A DNA stretch of 64,000 nt from Penicillus capitatus (lineage: Eukaryota; Plantae; Chlorophyta), in NCBI GenBank assembly GCA_965649825.1, contig OZ287699.1:898477-962476 (forward strand). The letters run 5' to 3'. The notes under the pieces are model-generated. The model did no database searches. It was not told the origin of the DNA and worked only from the letters and a program-made list of their open reading frames with translations. This document shows, one piece after another, positions 60,301-64,000 of the stretch; within the stretch, counting starts at the first letter, position 1, and each line of letters begins with the position of its first letter. A program made the translations under genes and the position numbers.

Positions 60301-61895
60301 GGCATCGGCAAGTTGCGTCAGCTAGCCAAAGCAGATCCGCGACAGATCGAATCTCTGACGATGAAAAACTACCCTTTCGGCAATACGCTGCTTCAGGATC
60401 TCCAGAAACGCATGCCGCCTGAGATCGATCTCAAGATCCGTCCTTTAGGCAACTTCGTGGATACATCCCTGAATGATCACAGTGGATTTCTTTAGGAGTG
60501 ACAGGGGATGGGACAGTGAAGGTTCAACTGTTCTTAGAGCGCAAAAAAGAGGCAGACCTATGCCAGGCTCAGTTCATGGGAAGTGCTTTTGTTTGCGGAA
60601 CGACCCATGACGACAAGCTTCTCTTTCATCAGGCGATCAATCTCAAGACGTTTCAATCGCCTTACACTGTCAGTCTCTTCCCTATAATGATCAGATCTAT
60701 ATGCGTCGTGCATTGATAGGTCTATGTCTATGCACAACGAGGGACAAAGAGTCAAAAGCCAGTGCAGATCGTGGCGTCAGTGATCATGGATAAGCTAGTA
60801 GGGATGGATACTGTCACCAAGTTTGTCGTCCCTTTCGATCTTAAATCCGTCCATTGGATGCCTGATGATGTACAGCATATTCCAGAGAAGAAAAATGATA
60901 CAGGACAGTGCCCTCCGACAGAAGACGAGATGAACAACTCTGATGCGATTCAGAGGCTCTCCGCCGTCGAGGAAACAAAAAGTCCACCGCCATCGAAGCA
61001 GAGAAAGGAATCTCCATTTTCGGAGAAGAAGCCGTCGGATCTTGTTCCCTTAAGCAAACTGTCGCAACAGAGCAGGAAGCTTCTGCCTCTCTCCTCAGGG
61101 ATCCCAGTGGAAATGAAGCCACGTGAAGGACAGGCAGATGGATGTGCCAATAAGATGAAGGTAGAATCGCAGGAACACCGCTCAGCTGTGCAAACGTTTG
61201 ATATGGACACGCACAAACAGATATGCTCTCAAGAGCACAACAATAAGATTCCCGTTCGAGAAGGATTCGGTGATACTCGTGGGCGAAATGGAGGCTACCT
61301 GATGACGAAGGCTACTAAAAGGGCATCGGCAAGCACACAGCAGCGTGTCGGCTCAAATCGATCCTCTTCAACGACACTTGCTGCAAGAGCAAGCAACACA
61401 GATAGTAGATGGAGAGAGTGCTTAACAAAAGTGGAGGCTTCAGGCCAGACAAAGAAGCAGAATACTCTTCCAGTGAATGACACGCTAAGACATCTGCGAG
61501 AGAGACATCAGAGACCACACATGGACTGGAGCACAAGAGCTAAAGCGATTCTTGCATCTCGCAATCAGCAACGTTCTCTGGATCTTCCGAATGCCGAGCC
61601 CAACGAGATGTGCGTTTGGAAAGAGGAGATAAGAGAATTCTCATCGAAGCAGACCGCACAACAGACGAAACGACAAAGAATGGATGTCGATGATAGACAA
61701 TCGGCGAAGAAAAGCGCGAGACGGACACAACAACCAGACAACGACCATATCCTTGCCCAAGATAACGACGCGAGCTCATCCGATTTGAGTAACGAAATCA
61801 ACAACATGAATCCATTGATCTCTTCTGGTGACGATATCCGTTCGGCGAAGAACCGCACAGAGAGTGACGTCGACTCCCTATTCTCCTTTCTTTGA
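57334..61895 (+). CDS. MER3: Meiotic DExH helicase MER3/HFM1/ROCK-N-ROLLERS with Sec63 domain
   Basis: YFNVVQS, AAPTGTGKT, YIAPTRSL, IDEVHLL, VSATIPN, GIAFHHAG, TLAMGVNLPA, QMIGRAGRPQFD, EYLNAEI and Sec63 region ending in a low-complexity tail. Confidence 0.92.
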
Positions 61896-62244
61896 AAACA
61901 CTCGATCTTGAGTGACCAACAGACGGAGTGTTCTTAGCATCTAGAATATCTGAAATAGAATTTGATAGATGGCATTGCGTTCGTGTGTTGTGTGCAAAGA
62001 GAATTGGATATTGTGTGATGCAAGACAGAGATGGATAGATTCGAGATCTTTGACAAGGCCCCTTATCCTCGCGGACCGATGCGAAATGTGTGACGTTCAC
62101 ACTTAATTCGACTTGGGGCAGCGCGCAATGACGTGACATTCCGTCCAGGACATTCATTCAGCGAGCAGCGTATGTTTTCTTCTCGAACGGAACGCCTTCG
62201 GCGATCACAACCGAGTCGATCTCCACAGGTTAAAGCCCGACACC

Positions 62245-64000
62245 ATGGAGGAAGGCGCAGAGAGAGGAAGCGAAGGCACCATGAAAGCGCTTCTTTCACA
62301 AGACAGGCAGACCGTCAGTGACATCCGAAGTCCGAGAATGGATCTCCTTGAAGTGTGGCTCAATGAGATTCTTGACGATGTAAAAGAGTGAGTGAGGGCT
62401 TTTCTCGACGGATCTCGATCATGTATTTGCGTGATAGACAATATGGACGACGCAAAGCGGCATTCAGTCATCGCGGACTTTCTCTGTTACACCTGAGCCG
62501 TTCTCAGCTGGAAGAGGAACAGCTAATGCCTGAGCACATCTCTCGAATCTACAGATCTCTCTTCGTGCATTCCGCCTGCTTCGGCGATGTCATTTCGGTA
62601 TCGAACACATCACGATGGCCTCCATTTCGACGTGGCTGACGACAGGATGTCTTGAAATCAGAAAGGCAAAAGGACAGGGTCCTTCCTCGAATCTGGGATG
62701 CTTTTGTAAAACTGTGTGAAGAGATGCTGAAACGTGAATTCAAGGTGTGCTGTTATGTGCGACATCGGAGCTGATCTGAGAAGGACACGTTCAGACACAC
62801 TATCGGCGTTTAACGCGAGCCGATCAAGAAAAGACGAAGGTGCTGATAGAGACACAGCAAAAACTCCAGAAAGCTGAATCGGCAAATATTCAACTCGAAC
62901 GTGAACTCTCCTCTGTACGCGAAGATCTCGATCAAGAACGGCGAGAGCGTGTTCGTCTGCAAAAAGAGAATGCAAAACTGGCGGCGGAACTGGAGCGAGA
63001 GCGACTTGCCGTGGAAGACGCGCTGCTGCGTTTTGTACGCCAAACGGACACAATGTCAGATATCCATCCTCCCGACTCCTCTATGGCCACAAACGCACTT
63101 ATGCAGGACAAACATCACGAAAGAGAGGGAGCATTGGAAGCGTCGGTCCAGTGAACTGGAGGTCGAAGGGAGAGAAAGGCTTCAGGAAGTCGATCAACTA
63201 ACAGAAGCTCTCGTTAGACGAGAGGAGACACTCACTGCCATACGCGACGCTCTTTCCCCGGTGCATAACGCATTGATGCTGATGCAAGGCAGGCCATGAT
63301 TGCATCTTGTTTTTGTATTTCCATGTTGGCTGTTCAGACTCGGAGAAGGACGATCAGCTGAGTGACGAAGGAGATGTTCAGCAATTAACGCATGAAACCA
63401 TGACAGCTGTTCATGACCTGTATGATCGATTCCGCTTAAAGGCATGCCTTGCAGAGGACTGCATCGGGATAAGTTGCTTGTTTCATGACAGGAAGTCGAG
63501 GTCGACGAGCTGAAAAGACAATTGAGGAACTTGGAGGATCAGTCGGTCCTTGCCGAAAGCCAAAGCCATAGCGGATGAGATCCACGTAAGAGTAGAACAA
63601 AAGAGGCGTCAGACTGGCGTTGCCCCTTTTCTACAGGCGCTAAGGAATGAGGAGCTATCAAGGATCGGGCTTTCTGACAGTGTTCTTCTTGTTGTTGTCC
63701 AAAACACCTGGTGGAAAGAACTGTCGACTGAAATGTTAAGTCTTGCTCTATTCTAACCCCATTGATCGGATCACCGCGAACAGTCTTGTCGTACATTTCT
63801 GAGAAGCTCGGCCTTCGACAGCGATGCTCTTCCGTATTCGAACTGCCTCCTTCTTGGCAGGATTCGCTGTAGCAGGTCTCTTATCTGTCGTTGTGCTCAC
63901 TTATATGTGTCGATGGCTTCGACGTAGGCGGATTTGCCATGTTCCAACTCCAGAAGGAAGTTCAGAGGAGTCACCAGATCCTCATTGAAGAGGTAGGTCT
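62245..64000 (+). CDS. Coiled-coil protein, truncated by the window end (possibly flagellar-associated)
   Basis: Spliced MEEGAERG...WLNEILDD..., ISRIYRSLFVHSACF, RIWDAFVKLCEEML, then long heptad repeats; frame open toward the edge. Confidence 0.55.

Overview
Eukaryotic nuclear DNA from a very compact green-algal (chlorophyte) genome. An ulvophyte/Bryopsidales-like alga is my inference from gene content and style, not a database match. About 33 protein-coding genes lie in 64 kb, most broken by tiny introns (mostly 35-65 nt), so the ORF track fragments them or runs through in-frame introns. The genetic code is standard. Housekeeping genes include a PPR protein, TKL and CaMK kinases, a CPL3/FCP1-like protein, two P450s, a tandem CCCH protein, a Rho_N protein, the NAD-IDH regulatory subunit, kinesin-14, a rhomboid, a DTW protein, a plastid alpha-amylase, Alba, sedlin, prohibitin-2, arogenate dehydrogenase and MER3. 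I recognised no rRNA, tRNA, CRISPR array or transposase. The most notable signals are: (1) a spliced gene fusing a DCD domain to a Mei2-type C-terminal RRM; (2) a secreted S1 protease fused to a 7-blade PLL/DUF346-like lectin propeller, plus a stand-alone intronless paralog; (3) relaxed splice sites (GAG/AAG acceptors, GC donors); (4) near-zero gene spacing, including a double ATGA stop-start chain suggestive of polycistronic or reinitiation expression. All exon models are manual and all family calls are from motif recognition; no searches were run.
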